Source of the DNA: Negaprion brevirostris | Lineage: Eukaryota | Direction of reading: 5' to 3' | Length of the DNA: 64,000 nt | NCBI GenBank assembly: GCA_030324005.1 | Contig: JARDVH010000059.1 | Span: 61,396,053-61,460,052, forward strand | Shown here: positions 51,031 through 63,861 of the stretch, in pieces | How the letters are laid out: each line of letters begins with the position of its first letter | How positions within the stretch are numbered: the first letter of the stretch is position 1 | The notes under the pieces: model-generated | What the model saw: the letters and a program-made list of their open reading frames with translations, nothing else | Databases searched by the model: none | Told to the model about the DNA's origin: nothing | Made by a program: the position numbers and the translations under genes

Positions 51031-52113
51031 TTATCATTTTATTCCAATTAACTACTATACTTTATCATTCACTTTAACAAAGGAATAGATAATAATGCTA
51101 AAGGCATTCAGTGCTTGGATTAATCAGTCCATTTTACTCAATTGTCAATACAGAGTCAATATGGTTATAAATTACTGTGGTAAACAAAGTAACAATGTGA
51201 CTTTAATGTTCTTGGTCAAACTTAAGGCCTTGCAATAGAAATTGGATCTCTTGCTCCTGTTTTATGAATGTAAAACATTTCAGGTCTCAAAATAGGCCTA
51301 AAGCAACTTCCACTCTCTGTGTTTCTCGCAGTGGCCAATCTCAGCATATTAACAGAAGACAAATTTCTAGAGGAAAAATATGGAACACCATTTGTAACTT
51401 GAAACATGTAAGCACATGGTGAAGCAAATGTTAATTCAAAGGTACTCTGTATAGGAGCACACTCATACTGCTACTTGTCAATTTAAAATTGTTAAAATAT
51501 AGCCACAGCTGTTGAATATCACATCATACGATTCTAAATTCATCATGGTTTGCCCATATTTTCTTTTATTAATTATCTTCTTCAGGAATCATTGCTTCAC
51601 GATATAATGCATGCTACAGTCTGAACTAATTGGATTTGGAAGTGCTATTTCTGCATTTTTAACCTGAACCCAAGCAAAACAATTTCCTGTTAACACAGCT
51701 TACACACTTAAAATTTCTCATTCATTTTTGTGAATATTAAACTATGTTATATTGTTTCTGCCTGCACTAAGCTGTCGCATGTAAACTAAAATTAAATAGT
51801 TCAAATACATTTTAAAGTAATTCCGAAATCTGATATTTCATTAAATGATCCTCATGGTCACATCAGTGATGCTGGAAGCATCTCTCTGACTGCACTGCAT
51901 CCGGCGTAAATCCCGCTATGTCGGGAAAATACTGGAATTGCCTTGGAATGGGATTTGCGCTGGGTGCAAGCGCCAGCGCAGTTTGCAATGTTCTCGGGCT
52001 GCCCATTCAGATGTAATCAAGTTCACGCCCAACATTAACTGATTTGGAGTCACAAGGAAGTAGGACCAAACCAGTTAAGGATTTCCTTCCTGAATTGATA
52101 TTAGTAAAACAGA

Positions 52114-52730
52114 TGGGCAGGATTCTCCCAAAAAAAGTGCCAAATTCATGTGAAAACTGGAGTAACTCCTAATGATTTTCTCAGCGGTATTTTCAGAATG
52201 AATCTCCCACACTCTGTGCCCTAGCGGATGACCTTTAAATCAGGAGGTGGGGCCTGTTCCCACCCAAGAGGCCGGCAGCATAGTGCTGAGTAGGCCACTG
52301 CGCATGCGCCAATCTGTCAGAGCAGAGATCGGCGCATACGCAGTGACCCTGCACTGCAGGCCTCCTGATCGTTAGCCAGACCTGCAACTCCACAGCGCTG
52401 CCCCTCTGAATCCCCCCTCCCCACTCCCCAGTTGCTGGCCTCCTAGACCTCTCCGGGCAAGCCCCGATGCCCACCCCCCACCCCTGCAGGGGTTTGTGCA
52501 GAGGTTTGGAGCCCATCCTTCCCAGCATGGAAGTGGTGACCAACTGCAGCAGCACTTTTGTGGATCCAACCAATAATACATCCAATGGCCAATGTCTCAA
52601 CTTTATTCCAGTACAAGTAAAGGGGACCTCTCCAGTCCTGCTGCTGTGATTGGAGATTTGACTGACCACCAAATTCTCCATTGTCACTGGCAGCATTAGT
52701 GGGGCATGCGAGGCCGGAGAATTCCGGCCT
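52114..52730. mobile_element. Harbinger-like MITE with captured 128-bp patch
   Basis: TIR-like GGGCAGGATTCTCC / GGAGAATTCCGGCC; 52488-52615 duplicates 54572-54699. Confidence 0.75.
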
Positions 52731-53329
52731 ATATTCCAGCTTTATTAACTGATTTCCAATTCTATCAGCTGCCATAGTGAGATTTAAAGAGCACTAGCCT
52801 TTGTCTCATGATCATTAAACCAGTGATATTACCACTATGCCATGATCTCCCCCAGAAAATAATCAAGACATTGTATGGCTAATTCATTGTCGGTAAATTT
52901 GAAAGTAATTTTTAGGTGGTAACAGTCATTCTCTCTTCATAACAAATATTAACAGCGCGTTTGGGAGGAATCAAGTGTCTCGTGAACCTCCTAATAATGC
53001 AGGCAGCTGTTCCTTATTGTACATTTAGGCAATAATGCACATTAACTAATGTGAACAAATATAAAATGCAAATTTTGTACTCGAATGCAGTGAGATGTGT
53101 GTCCTTTTAGATTACAATGACTTCCTGCAGCTATGCCACTCAAGTAAACAGTTTAATGTTGATCAAACTCATATTTTCTCTTCTATGTTAACATTTTTTT
53201 CCTCTGGTTACAGGCAACAGGTGCATCACATTGGCACATGTTCCTAAAGAGGAGAAGTCACATTGTATTTAAAATAAAAATGATGCACGATAAGAAAGTT
53301 TACATTTGAATTCAACACTATTTTGGAGG

Positions 53330-53670
53330 GAATGGTCCAGCTGTACAAGGTGCTGATGAGACCACAGCTGGAGTAGTGTGTACAGTTTTGGTCTCCTTAC
53401 TTGAGAAAGGATANNNNNNNNNNNNNNNNNNNNNNNNNNNNNNNNNNNNNNNNNNNNNNNNNNNNNNNNNNNNNNNNNNNNNNNNNNNNNNNNNNNNNNN
53501 NNNNNNNNNNNNNGATACATTTTTGAACAGTAAAGGAATTAAGGGTTATGGTGAGCGGGCAGGTAAGTGGAGCTGAGTCCACAAAAAGATCCACCATGAT
53601 CTTACTGAATGGCGGAGCAGGATTGAGGGGCCAGATGGCCTACTTCTGCTCCTAGTTCTTATGTTATGTT
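53330..53670 (+). mobile_element. CR1/HER1-like LINE 3' fragment across an N gap
   Basis: LYKVLMRPQLE*CVQFWSPYL motif; 3' UTR and tail TTCTTATGTTATG. Confidence 0.9.
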
Positions 53671-53929
53671 TATATGACAAGTTCACCACTTAGCAGGATA
53701 GTTAACCTTAAATGTCTTGTGGTTTAAATTGATTGCTGCAGAAATGTGTATGGGGATTGAGGTGCACAATTAACCCTCACCCATTGTTTGGAACGGACAC
53801 AGCTCATCAAGTTTGTGCTGCCTGTTTACTTCAGCAGTTTCAGGATCCAGTCAACCTATTGGCTACATCAGCAGGGGAACCAATATCATGAGTGGCCAAC
53901 ACCACTGAAACCGAGTTTGCACTGCTTAA

Positions 53930-55453
53930 ACCTCTTAGAGTGGAGGTGTGTAATGACTGGAGAAGGTGCTGGCAGTCTCGCAGGAAGTGAGTTTGAATGG
54001 AACCAGGTAGCCTGAAAGATTAATGCCAGGATCTGGAAGAAATATTAAAGGAAGTTCAATGGCCTTACATGAGTAGTCAAGATTAGTTAATGTATCTTCA
54101 AACACTAGCTTCAACCAACTGCACCACTAGCCTCAACTACTGCTCCATTAACCAAAGGCACATCATGCACCTACCAACACTGTCTATCATTCAGAACTCG
54201 TGTCTAACATGTACCTACTACACTGCACTGTCACACACTGACCATTGCTACAAACCTCATACCGACATTTCACAACTTGCACACACTGCCAGCTCGTCAA
54301 CCAGGACAATCACTTGATCTCACACTCACAGCCATCTGCATAATTTAGAGGAATGCATAGAAGTACGATCTGTGTCTGTTAAGAGACTGGCCAGCCTGTG
54401 CAGCTAGGGAAAAATGAGGGCACACATGAGTTCTGCAGCAGGGAACTCAAATGTATACTTTGATGGGATCACCTGCAGAAGAAGGTTGATGGGTATGTTA
54501 ACAAACCCATGATGCACTGGGAAGCAAGCCAGAAATAAATGTCAAGGAGTGCAAAGAAATTGACAAACAATAGGGGTTTGTGCAGAGGTTTGGAGCCCAT
54601 CCTTCCCAGCATGGGAGCAGTGACTAACTGCAGCAACGCTCTTGTAGATCCAATCAATAATATGTCCAATGGCCAATGTCTCAACTTCCATTCAGTACAG
54701 CCAAAAGGCAGCCAATGTCTGGAAATTGCAATGGAGCCTCAGATTCTTGTTACTCAGGCTCAGGCTGCTGTTACTCAGGCTCAGATTCCTGTTACTCGGG
54801 CTCAGGCTGCTGTTACTCAGGCTCAGGCTGCTGTTACTCAGGTTCAGACTGCTGTTACTCAGGTTCTGACTGTTACTCAGGCTCAGACTATTGTTACTCA
54901 GGCTCAGGCTGCAGTTACTCGGGCTCAGGCTGCTGTTACTCAGGCTCAGGCTGCTGTTACTCAGGTTCAGACTTCTGTTACTCAGGTTCCAACTGTTACT
55001 CAGGCTCAGNNNNNNNNNNNNNNNNNNNNNNNNNNNNNNNNNNNNNNNNNNNNNNNNNNNNNNNNNNNNNNNNNNNNNNNNNNNNNNNNNNNNNNNNNNN
55101 NNNNNNNNNCTGCTGTTACTCAGGCTCATGCTGCTGTTACTCAGGCTCAGGCTTCTGTTACTCAGGCTCAGGCTGCAGTTACTCAGGCTCAGGCTGCTTT
55201 TACTCAGGCTCAGGTTGCTGCTACTCAGGCTCAGGCTGCTGTTACTCAGGCTCAGACTACTGTTAATCAGGTTTAGACTCCTTGTTACTCAGGCTCACAC
55301 TGCAGTTACTTAGGTTCAGATGGCTGTTACTCAGGCTGCAGTTACTCAGGCTCAGACTGCTGTTACTCAGGCTCAGGCTGCTGTTATTCCAGCTCCGACT
55401 GCTGCCATCATGATTATGGATGACAGTGTGAAAAAAGACTTGCAGGATACTGT
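53930..55453 (+). pseudogene. Harbinger Myb/SANT accessory gene relic
   Basis: EWNQVA*KINARIW..RKFNGL..VVK resembles the Myb/SANT end W..VA..IN..W..C.KKFNDL, followed by C/A-rich intron-like sequence and a coiled-coil-like tail (APTAAIM..VKKDLQ). Confidence 0.6.
54738..55386. repeat. 21-bp minisatellite (GCTCAGGCTGCTGTTACTCAG)n
   Basis: Over 20 visible units, some 18 or 15 bp, with an internal N gap. Confidence 0.95.
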
Positions 55454-58217
55454 NNNNNNNNNNTAACCTGAGTACAAACAGCACTCGACACTATGCATAA
55501 TCCAATGCAAGGTCTTTAATGACTTGTCCACAAGGAGAACCAGCACCTTGCAGTTGTCCTGGACAATGTTTCTGGAGTTACAGAAGAAACAACTTAGCAA
55601 TTATAGTCAATTACAACAAATCAGGAGCAAACAATTTTTCTAATCCTTTATTTGCATATAAATTCACCCAATAAAGCCTGGCTTTGTGCCTTTTCTCATT
55701 TGATGCAAAACTGACTTCTGCTAATCCTTCACTTGCATAGCATATCCCCATATCTCGCCTTTGGTATTAGTTATGGAAAAATCTGGTCTTGCTCACCCTG
55801 TGGTGAAGGCTGAAAAGCAGAATGTTATGGGGCCTATGCAGATGATGATTAGCCTGTTCATGCTGAAATAGCAGACACTGACTTCTTTGATGATCTGCGA
55901 GCTGATAAACATTTTAAAAACTGTACAGATAAGGCATGAAACTTTAATTGGAACATTTTAGCTTCTGCGCAATTTAGCTTCCAAACTTTGAAACTTCAAT
56001 CTCAGCATCTTAACTTCCGCAGTATAGCAGCAGTCCAGCAATCCGTCCTCCAGCAGGTGAATCAGATACTGAAGCGCCATGCTGAGAGAGTGGCAGTAAC
56101 TCTATGGAGCAATAATTTACTGTCCTCTCTCTGGAAGAATGAATTTTCCTCCCATCCTGCCACTTATTTGCACTCTTAGTGTTTTGTCAGCCAGCCAATG
56201 TTGGGTCAAAGCAACAGCAAGAAGACAAGCAGAAAGTAACCTGTGAAGAACCGATGTTCAGTCTCTTTTAACACCACTGGTGGTTGTTTGTGACAGGGAG
56301 GTATAACTCCTGCTTCTGAACACAAAAGGGTTCAGGAAGGATGTCAGCTGGAGTGCTGAACTTCAAAACAATGCTGTTTGCATCAAATTCATGCTGCAAG
56401 CTGACTGATGATCTATCTGCTTTTCACACTTCTGATAGCCACTAACTAACTGCATGATAATACCCTTATAAATGGAGGCAATTTAGTGCCCACATTCGCC
56501 ATGAGAATAAATGATGATGTAGGCATAAAAACCCACAATGTTTGTTGGGGGGAGGGGAAATGGGAGGGAGAGCCCCTTATATCTTTATAGTGGTGGGGGC
56601 AGGAGTGACTCTGATGCAAGTGGGACGTGGAGGGGGGGACCGTGTCCGTGGGCAGGAGGGGAACGGAGTGGAGAGAGTTTATCTTCAGTCCTAATCAGGA
56701 GGTTATCTTTAAAGGTTGGTGGAAAAATATGTTTGGTGGTAAGTGTACCATGTTTGGGAGGAACTGTTCCCAAAGCTGTCAACCATTGGAGTGGTTGCTG
56801 TGATCAGTCAACAACTCTATTATTATTTTGTATCATCTAACTGCCAGGATAGCAGACAGCAAACTAGATGAACCATGTTTTCTTTCTATCACAATTATTA
56901 TATTCATAAAGCAGTAATTGACAAACTAAATACATTGGAAGTGATTCTCTGAGATTCTGGGGGTGAAGTTCAGGCTCAGCAGATCTCCAGCTATAACGCC
57001 ATACCTGACAACTTCTGTTCTGAATGGGATTTGGTGCAGGAAGCTCTCACTGAAAACAACCACCAGCCTTATTCAAACTTAAATCAATGCAAATGAAATC
57101 AGATTCAATTTTCATTGATTTTTTTTAATCAGGAATTCAATCTGTCCAAGTGAAACTGTTGTTCCAATTTGCTAAGCAGAATGACTGGAAGTCAGCATTT
57201 AAAGAGGAATGGACATTAGTAGTTAGCAAAGCAAGAATATTGTAGGTGCCTCTGTAAGTGAGTAGGTGTGTTAGACCTGCTTTCATTCTCCTTTGGTCCA
57301 ACATTCCAGGGAATTGCTCTGCTGTCTGTCCAAAGTGTAAACTGGAATCCCATGTAGCCACTCGTTGGAGAAGACACTAAACTCCAGTGCGGTAATGGTT
57401 TGAATAGTTGAAACAGACAGGCAGAGTTTACGACAGCAGAGAATCTTCCTGAAAAAAGATCAAAATGGCACCCTACTTCTGCAGTTGAAGAAGCCTTATA
57501 CCCACAACTGGCAAAAGAGGCAAGTTATGAATTTTACTGTTTTCCTTTCTACCTCTGGATATTTTATGTTTTCTGGAATCTCTCTGTGCAGGTATGTCTT
57601 ATATTACAGAAGCAAAATACTGCAGTCAGGCATATAGAAAACAAAATGGGCAGAATTCTCAGGTGAACACAGGCATGTGTCCAGCTGCCACCCAGATTTC
57701 TGCTAGTCTTAAGAATGGGATGTAGAAGGTTTGTGGCTCGCTGGTTTACCATGAGAATTTAACGGGCTTGTAACTTGGCATAACCAGATTTAACTCAAAT
57801 TTATGCCCCTCCTCTCATAGGTGATCTGCCAAGACATAACAAATTCAGTGCCCTAGTGTTTTTGCCCTGCCATTTTCTGCTGAAATTTACATTTAAACCA
57901 TGGATATTCCTAACAGAATATCTTTCTACTTCTGTCATCAGAAGGAAGTACAGAAGGAAACAGAGGGATGGCAGGTTGGCAACATTACCAAATGGTATCA
58001 TATGTCAGTCTCTAATAGAAAAGATTTTCACCTTAATGCCCAACTGAACATTTCAGTTGTCTCTCTATGTCTTCACTAAATCCATGTTCACTGACATAAA
58101 CTTTAGCTGCCAGCAAGCTATCATGGATATTATTCACATCCCTAGCTAATACATTTTTCAACAACAAGTCAAGAACACTCAGTAAATCTTCAGTGCAACC
58201 ATTATTTTGTAAATTGA

Positions 58218-58482
58218 GTTTGTGTCTTTATATGCCCTGTTTGTGAACAGAACTCCCACTTACTTGATGAAGGAGCAGCACTCCAAAAGCTAGTGGCTTT
58301 TGCTACCAAATAAACCTGATGGACTTTAACCTGGTGTTGAGAGACCTCTTACTGTGTTTACCCCAGTCCAATGCCGGCATCTCTACATCTATTCTCTCTG
58401 CACGGATGCCATCAGACCTGTTGAGATTTTCCAGCATTTTTTATTTTTGTTTCAAATTCCAGCATCCGCAGTATTTTGCCTT
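58218..58482 (+). mobile_element. Penelope-like pLTR family B (decayed hammerhead) adjoining a family A terminus
   Basis: TTGATGA-A-GGAGC-AGC-ACTCC-AAAAGCTA at 58264-58292; continues to GCCGGCATCTCTACATC, then sequence homologous to 3650-3710. Confidence 0.8.
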
Positions 58483-59074
58483 TATCTCTGCTGCATTCAA
58501 TCCTCTCCCCTCGACCCCAAGCATAAAAGCACCCACCGCCATTCCATAACATCTTGCTTCCTCACCTCAAGTGGGTATTCTTCCCAGGTCATCCCAGACA
58601 GTGGGTGCCTCGCCCAGTTTACAATGACATAACTGCCCAACTTCATCCTGTCCTCTCTGCTACTCATGCCCATTACCAGAGAGTGTCATTTGGCAGTAAA
58701 CCTGGCAGTATTTCCACCCGCCCCTGCATTACTGACTCTCATTTCAACAAACACAATCCACAAAACAAGGGTTGCCACCTCATTGCTTGACCAATAAGAA
58801 TGATAGTAGATATCCATCACTGGGAAACAAGCAAACCAATGCCTCAAGGACAAAAAGGACCTTCAAGCAATTGCCTCATAAACAAAGCTAGCGCTCAAGC
58901 TCATCAATCTGAAATGTTAGTTCTGTTTCTTCTCCATATGTGCCGAGCATTTTTGTTAGTGGCTTGACTGTGAAAGACATGGTCAGCCCCTAACATTCCA
59001 CTCCTGCACTCACAACAACTGAATCCTGTATTTCTAGAGATGGAGTCACATTTACGGGCTGGCCACTACCAACA

Positions 59075-59129
59075 GTAAGAAGTCTCACAAATTCTTAGTG
59101 TGTTTACTCCACTCCAACGCCAGCATCAT
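59075..59129 (-). mobile_element. 55-bp fold-back pLTR stub with 11-bp TSD
   Basis: CACTACCAACA (59064-59074) / CACTCCCAACA (59130-59140); starts GTAAGAAGTCTCACAA. Confidence 0.7.
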
Positions 59130-60054
59130 CACTCCCAACAGTGCAGACAATTTCTACCTTGGTCACTGTGGTATATATGCGCAGACATGCAATCGGCACT
59201 CATTGGAAATCAAAGAAGAAGAAATCCCACTGTCCCCACTGTGAAAATCTAGCAAGATATTCTTGTTTCTCGAGGCAACAATAGGTTTATGGATCAGTAA
59301 CACTGACATGTCCTCAAGTGAGCTACCTTTAAATGGAAATTAGACTTGGTATGCGTAGACAGGGAAGAAAGGAGGAAAAGATAAAAATCATTCGTCTTTT
59401 GAAACTTCAAGAATTTAAACTATTGAAATACTGCTTCAATACTCACAGGTGGTGAAGTCAGACACCCAGTTTTCAGATGAGACATTCCAACATCCAGCGA
59501 AAGACAGTGAGAGAAAGGAAGCCACTTAATAAGGTTCAGAATCAGGAAGAGCATTTGAGGCGACGTACACATGGACAGACAGGGTCACAATACAAATCCA
59601 AGCAATACCATTGCAGCCTTTTTGTTTTAGATTATGACTGTTTCTTAAAGAGAGCAATTAAAGGTTGAAATAAACATAGAACAACAGCAAGGTTGTTTGC
59701 AAAGATCGCATCTTAAAAGCCTCAAAATCCCCACTCTACACCTTGCTTGCAATAAGCTCTTGCCCTCCACCCAACCGGCCTCTGTCACTGCACGTGCTTC
59801 CTTTCACTGTGCATGCCACTGATGAACATTGCTAGACAATCCTTAAGGCACAGAGCAGTCTGATGCCAGCCCCTCAGCAAAATGAGACATGACTGACCCC
59901 TCCCACCCTCCCCTGGGCCTGTTGCAGTTTGAGTTATGTGGAAAGGTGCAGATANNNNNNNNNNNNNNNNNNNNNNNNNNNNNNNNNNNNNNNNNNNNNN
60001 NNNNNNNNNNNNNNNNNNNNNNNNNNNNNNNNNNNNNNNNNNNNNNNNNNNNNN

Positions 60055-60180
60055 TTAGTGCCAGGGGACTAGCTAGGGTAAATGCATGGGGTTATGGGGA
60101 TAGGACCTGGGTAGGATTGTGGTTGGTGCAGACTTGATGGGCCAAATGGCCTCCTTCTGCACTGTAGGATTCTACGATTT
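60055..60180 (+). mobile_element. HE1 SINE 3' part
   Basis: GGTGCAGACTTGATGGGCCAAATGGCCTCCTTCTGCACTGTAGGATTCTA tail. Confidence 0.85.
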
Positions 60181-60754
60181 CTCACAGGCCTCCCCACAGG
60201 AAACACTCCCTGATATTGCCCTCACCACAGGACTTAGTCCCAGATATGAGACTGCCCTCAATCTCCTAGCCTCCCTCCTCCCCTCACTCTTTCTCCTTTT
60301 CTCCACTGCAATGAGGTTTAGTTTTGCAAGTATTTACCACAACTCAGAATCATTCTATGACACTTGTCCGAATCCTCTCTAATGCATCAACGCCTTTGTT
60401 AAAGCAAAGTAGCCAAAAAGAACACAATAGTCTGCATGGTGCACTGGAGGCATTCAAGGACATAAGGGGGAGGGAGCAGGACTGGACAGTTTTCCCTCGG
60501 TTTCAGTCAAACCATGCTGAGAGTCATTATTCAGAACGAGGTTCACGTAGCTGATAGTATGCAAATCAGGGGGACCCAGGTGAGTTTGAGTTTGAGAATG
60601 AGAACTCATAAAATCCAGTTCTTATTCAACAGGAACAACATACTTGCTACCTGTGTGCATCAGGATAAAGACTGTCAGAAGGACAGCCAGAACACAAACC
60701 GCGGCGTATTGGAGCAGGAAGTTATTCAAAGATGGAAGAAGGAAGACTAGGGGC

Positions 60755-61955
60755 AGTGTAATGTAGTAGTTCTAGAGGATTCAATTATTTGGGATGGAGC
60801 AGATGGCATCTTTGGTTAGGGGGACAGAGTATCCCTCATGGTGTGAGCCCATCTCGTGACTTGGTGAGGGACACTTAAAATCTGCTTGAAAAAATACGAG
60901 AAAGGAAAGAGGAGTATCCATCACTGTGACCCATGCTGGGACCAATAACACAGGGAAGAGTAGACAAGTGATCCTGTTTGGCAAGCACCAAGAACTAGAA
61001 GATAAATTAAAGAATAGGAGATCAAGGACTTTAACTGCTGAATTACTTTCCATTTCACATGCAAATTGGTGTTGAGATAAGAAGAAAATGTGCTTGAAGG
61101 AATGATTTGGGAAGAAAGGTTCCATTTTGTAGGACACTGGCACCATAAGCAAGGGCAGAAAAAAACGGCACCATTGGAAAGGCCTTCAGGTGAACAAGAC
61201 TGGTACAGCTGGGAAGATAAATAGGTCAGTCACAACAATTTAATATAGTAAACAGAGGCCAAGATGGAAAAATATCACATTAATAATCTTTCAAAAACAA
61301 ACAAAGGATAAGAGAGCAGAGTAACAGTCAGAAATTGTACTTCGGGCACTACAAATAAAGAGAAAATTAAAATGCTTAAACCAGGGGAGAGAAATAATAA
61401 ATATGCCATAGGCCATTTGGCCCACTGAGTTCATGTTTTGTGACTAAAACATTAAAGCAGAAGAACAGATGAGGGTGTATGACCCAATCTTAAATAAAAG
61501 TCCTTGCAGAAATCCATGGAGCATACAGATAAATTGAATGAATTACAAGGGCCAATGCAACAATGATATGGTAGCCATCACTGAGATGATTACAAGGCAG
61601 TCAGGTCAGGAAACTAAATAAATCAAGTTTTGAGAACTACAGTGACAACAGGAAAAATGGTAGAGAGGCAGATTATACTTGGTGCTTGAGGGTAAGAACC
61701 ATTTAAATGATAACTATAACTAGAGGTTGGTAGACAATGAGCTCTCTAGAAATAGACTAAGGTGAGAGTTCTGTATCTTCCCTTTTGTGGCAGCTGTAAA
61801 GTGGTAGTTTGTATAAATGCAGAGACTAGACAAGTATGAAGCAACAGGACAGTGGTTGTCACAGGGAATTTTAACTCCTTACTAAGGAGAGTCAAAACAT
61901 TGGAAAGATCGTGAATTTTTCTTAATGTGTCTGAGAAAGTATTACACAACAATGG
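60755..61955 (+). mobile_element. Old CR1 5' region: SGNH/GDSL esterase ORF1 and APE endonuclease relics
   Basis: VVVLEDSII (GDS block) and THAGTNNTG (GTND block); downstream DMVAITE and VVTGNFN match APE motifs. Confidence 0.65.
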
Positions 61956-63861
61956 GAGATATCTAATGGAGATGGCAGGATCTCAGCTGCCAGTTACAGA
62001 GCTGACCACAGTCCCACATTCACATTCATTGGACAGCAAGAGTCCTCCCCCGGGATTAAGGACTCGAGGAGTGGAAGTTTCGCCCACTGAGGGCTGCTGG
62101 TTAATTAGAAGCCAGAGGCTCTATGGAACGGCAATGTCATGGGGGAGCTGATAGCTACTGCCAGTAGGACAACCATCTGAGGCCTAGTGTCATCATTGGA
62201 TCCCGGACCCCTCAAATGAATGAGGATGGAAAGGGGTCGTGATGTGGCGGTCACAGAGGAGAAGGGGAGGGAGGGTTGGTGGCTTTCGGTGGACACTCGC
62301 CCCCACCTTCTCAATTGGAGACAGGTGACTGCAAGCTATTCCTCATAATTCACCAAAAAAGAGTGCAACCATTTCTAAGATGGCCAAAGGAGCGGAGATG
62401 TGTATTTTAAATGTCAACCAGAGAAACTAATCATGTGGTCTTTGTTACAGTATCACTGAAATCAGAAAGAAGATTTTTAAAAACTGAGAAGTGCAATTGT
62501 TAAGTGATGTGAACCTTGAATCTGACTGTGTTTTCAATACCTTTCCACAATTCAAATATTTCTAAAAATATAAACATATATCGATGTCCAAACTCATTTA
62601 TCATAAAGAAAATGAAGTCCATCGTAACAATTCAGCCCAAGCTTACTGATAAAATGAGGCAGATTTAGTTAAAAGCCGAATGATAGTCATCATGCTGTAA
62701 TAGAGTTGAAAGGGAGAAATGTGAAACTACTACTTAGATTCTAGATTTAGGTAAGATTGACTTCAATGCAATGAGTCAGAAACTATCCACTGTAAACCAG
62801 GAACATTTGCTAGTGGATAAGAGGACAGAAGAACAGTGGAAAATTTCCAACACAGAGGATTGACAAAAGGGAAGGTCAGGGAGCAGGGGGTCAGAAACAA
62901 ATAATCGAGAGGGTTATCAAGAGGAAGCGTTGGAAAAGTGGAAGTTCAGCAGCGACCAGAAAGGTCAGCAGGAAGAAAGAATGCTGATCAGGCCACGCGA
63001 TTCTACATTATACCTGTACAGAATTACATTAAAATAAAACTCCCAATGCTAAAAGTGAATATGGGCCCTACTAACCAAATGGCATTAAAACGGAATGACT
63101 TTAAACAAGACAACTTAAAACTGGGACTTACTGAATCATATTTGGGCCTCCATATATGCATGTAGCCTATCAACAGCACATTTAGCATTGGTCAGGCACA
63201 GAGATCATGTGAATAAGCGGACTGTATGAAGGTGCAATTTTGTTTAAATTATATTAAAAGGGCATTGATTCATCGTCTGTCACAGTCTCTATGCCTGCTC
63301 TCAGGGACTATCCAATTTAGCATCGACAGATCCCCAACTAACAAATAGTTTCTCTCTACCGATCCTGACAGTCCCCCTTGATATCTTTCAAATGCAATGT
63401 CAGAAGAGATTACAAATATAGCATAAGCAATATAAATCATAATACAGTAAAATAACAAAACATTTAGCCCTGTTTTTATATAATGGTACCTTTTGAACCA
63501 TTATAAAAAAAAAATTTTATTCACCAACATTAACTCCACATTATACATACTGCACCTCGGCTTAGTATGTTGAGAGAATTTGAAGCTTTTGTATTTATTT
63601 TGTATGGTGAAGTAACCATATGACAGTTCTGATTCAGTTTGGACTAGAACCATAATAATTGGGGTTGGGGGAGGCAGGGGGTTCAAAAATCCATCATGGC
63701 ATTTTCTGCCATGCCAGCTGCGGCAATATATATTTTCTATTTTTTGAAGTTGAATCCTGAATATGGCACCAATAATGGTAAAAAAAAAACTATAAACTGT
63801 AGAGTATTTGGAATTCAGTAAAAGCTACCAAGAATCAATAGATAAGGGTCAGAAAGAAAAG

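Noticed and set aside
54676-55266. Cys/Gly/Tyr/Ser-rich ORF resembling a keratin-associated protein
   Set aside because: It is an alternative frame of the 21-bp repeat, spans an N gap, and has no unique flanking coding sequence.
54738-55386. CRISPR-like array
   Set aside because: Units are head-to-tail with no unique spacers, in a eukaryotic context.
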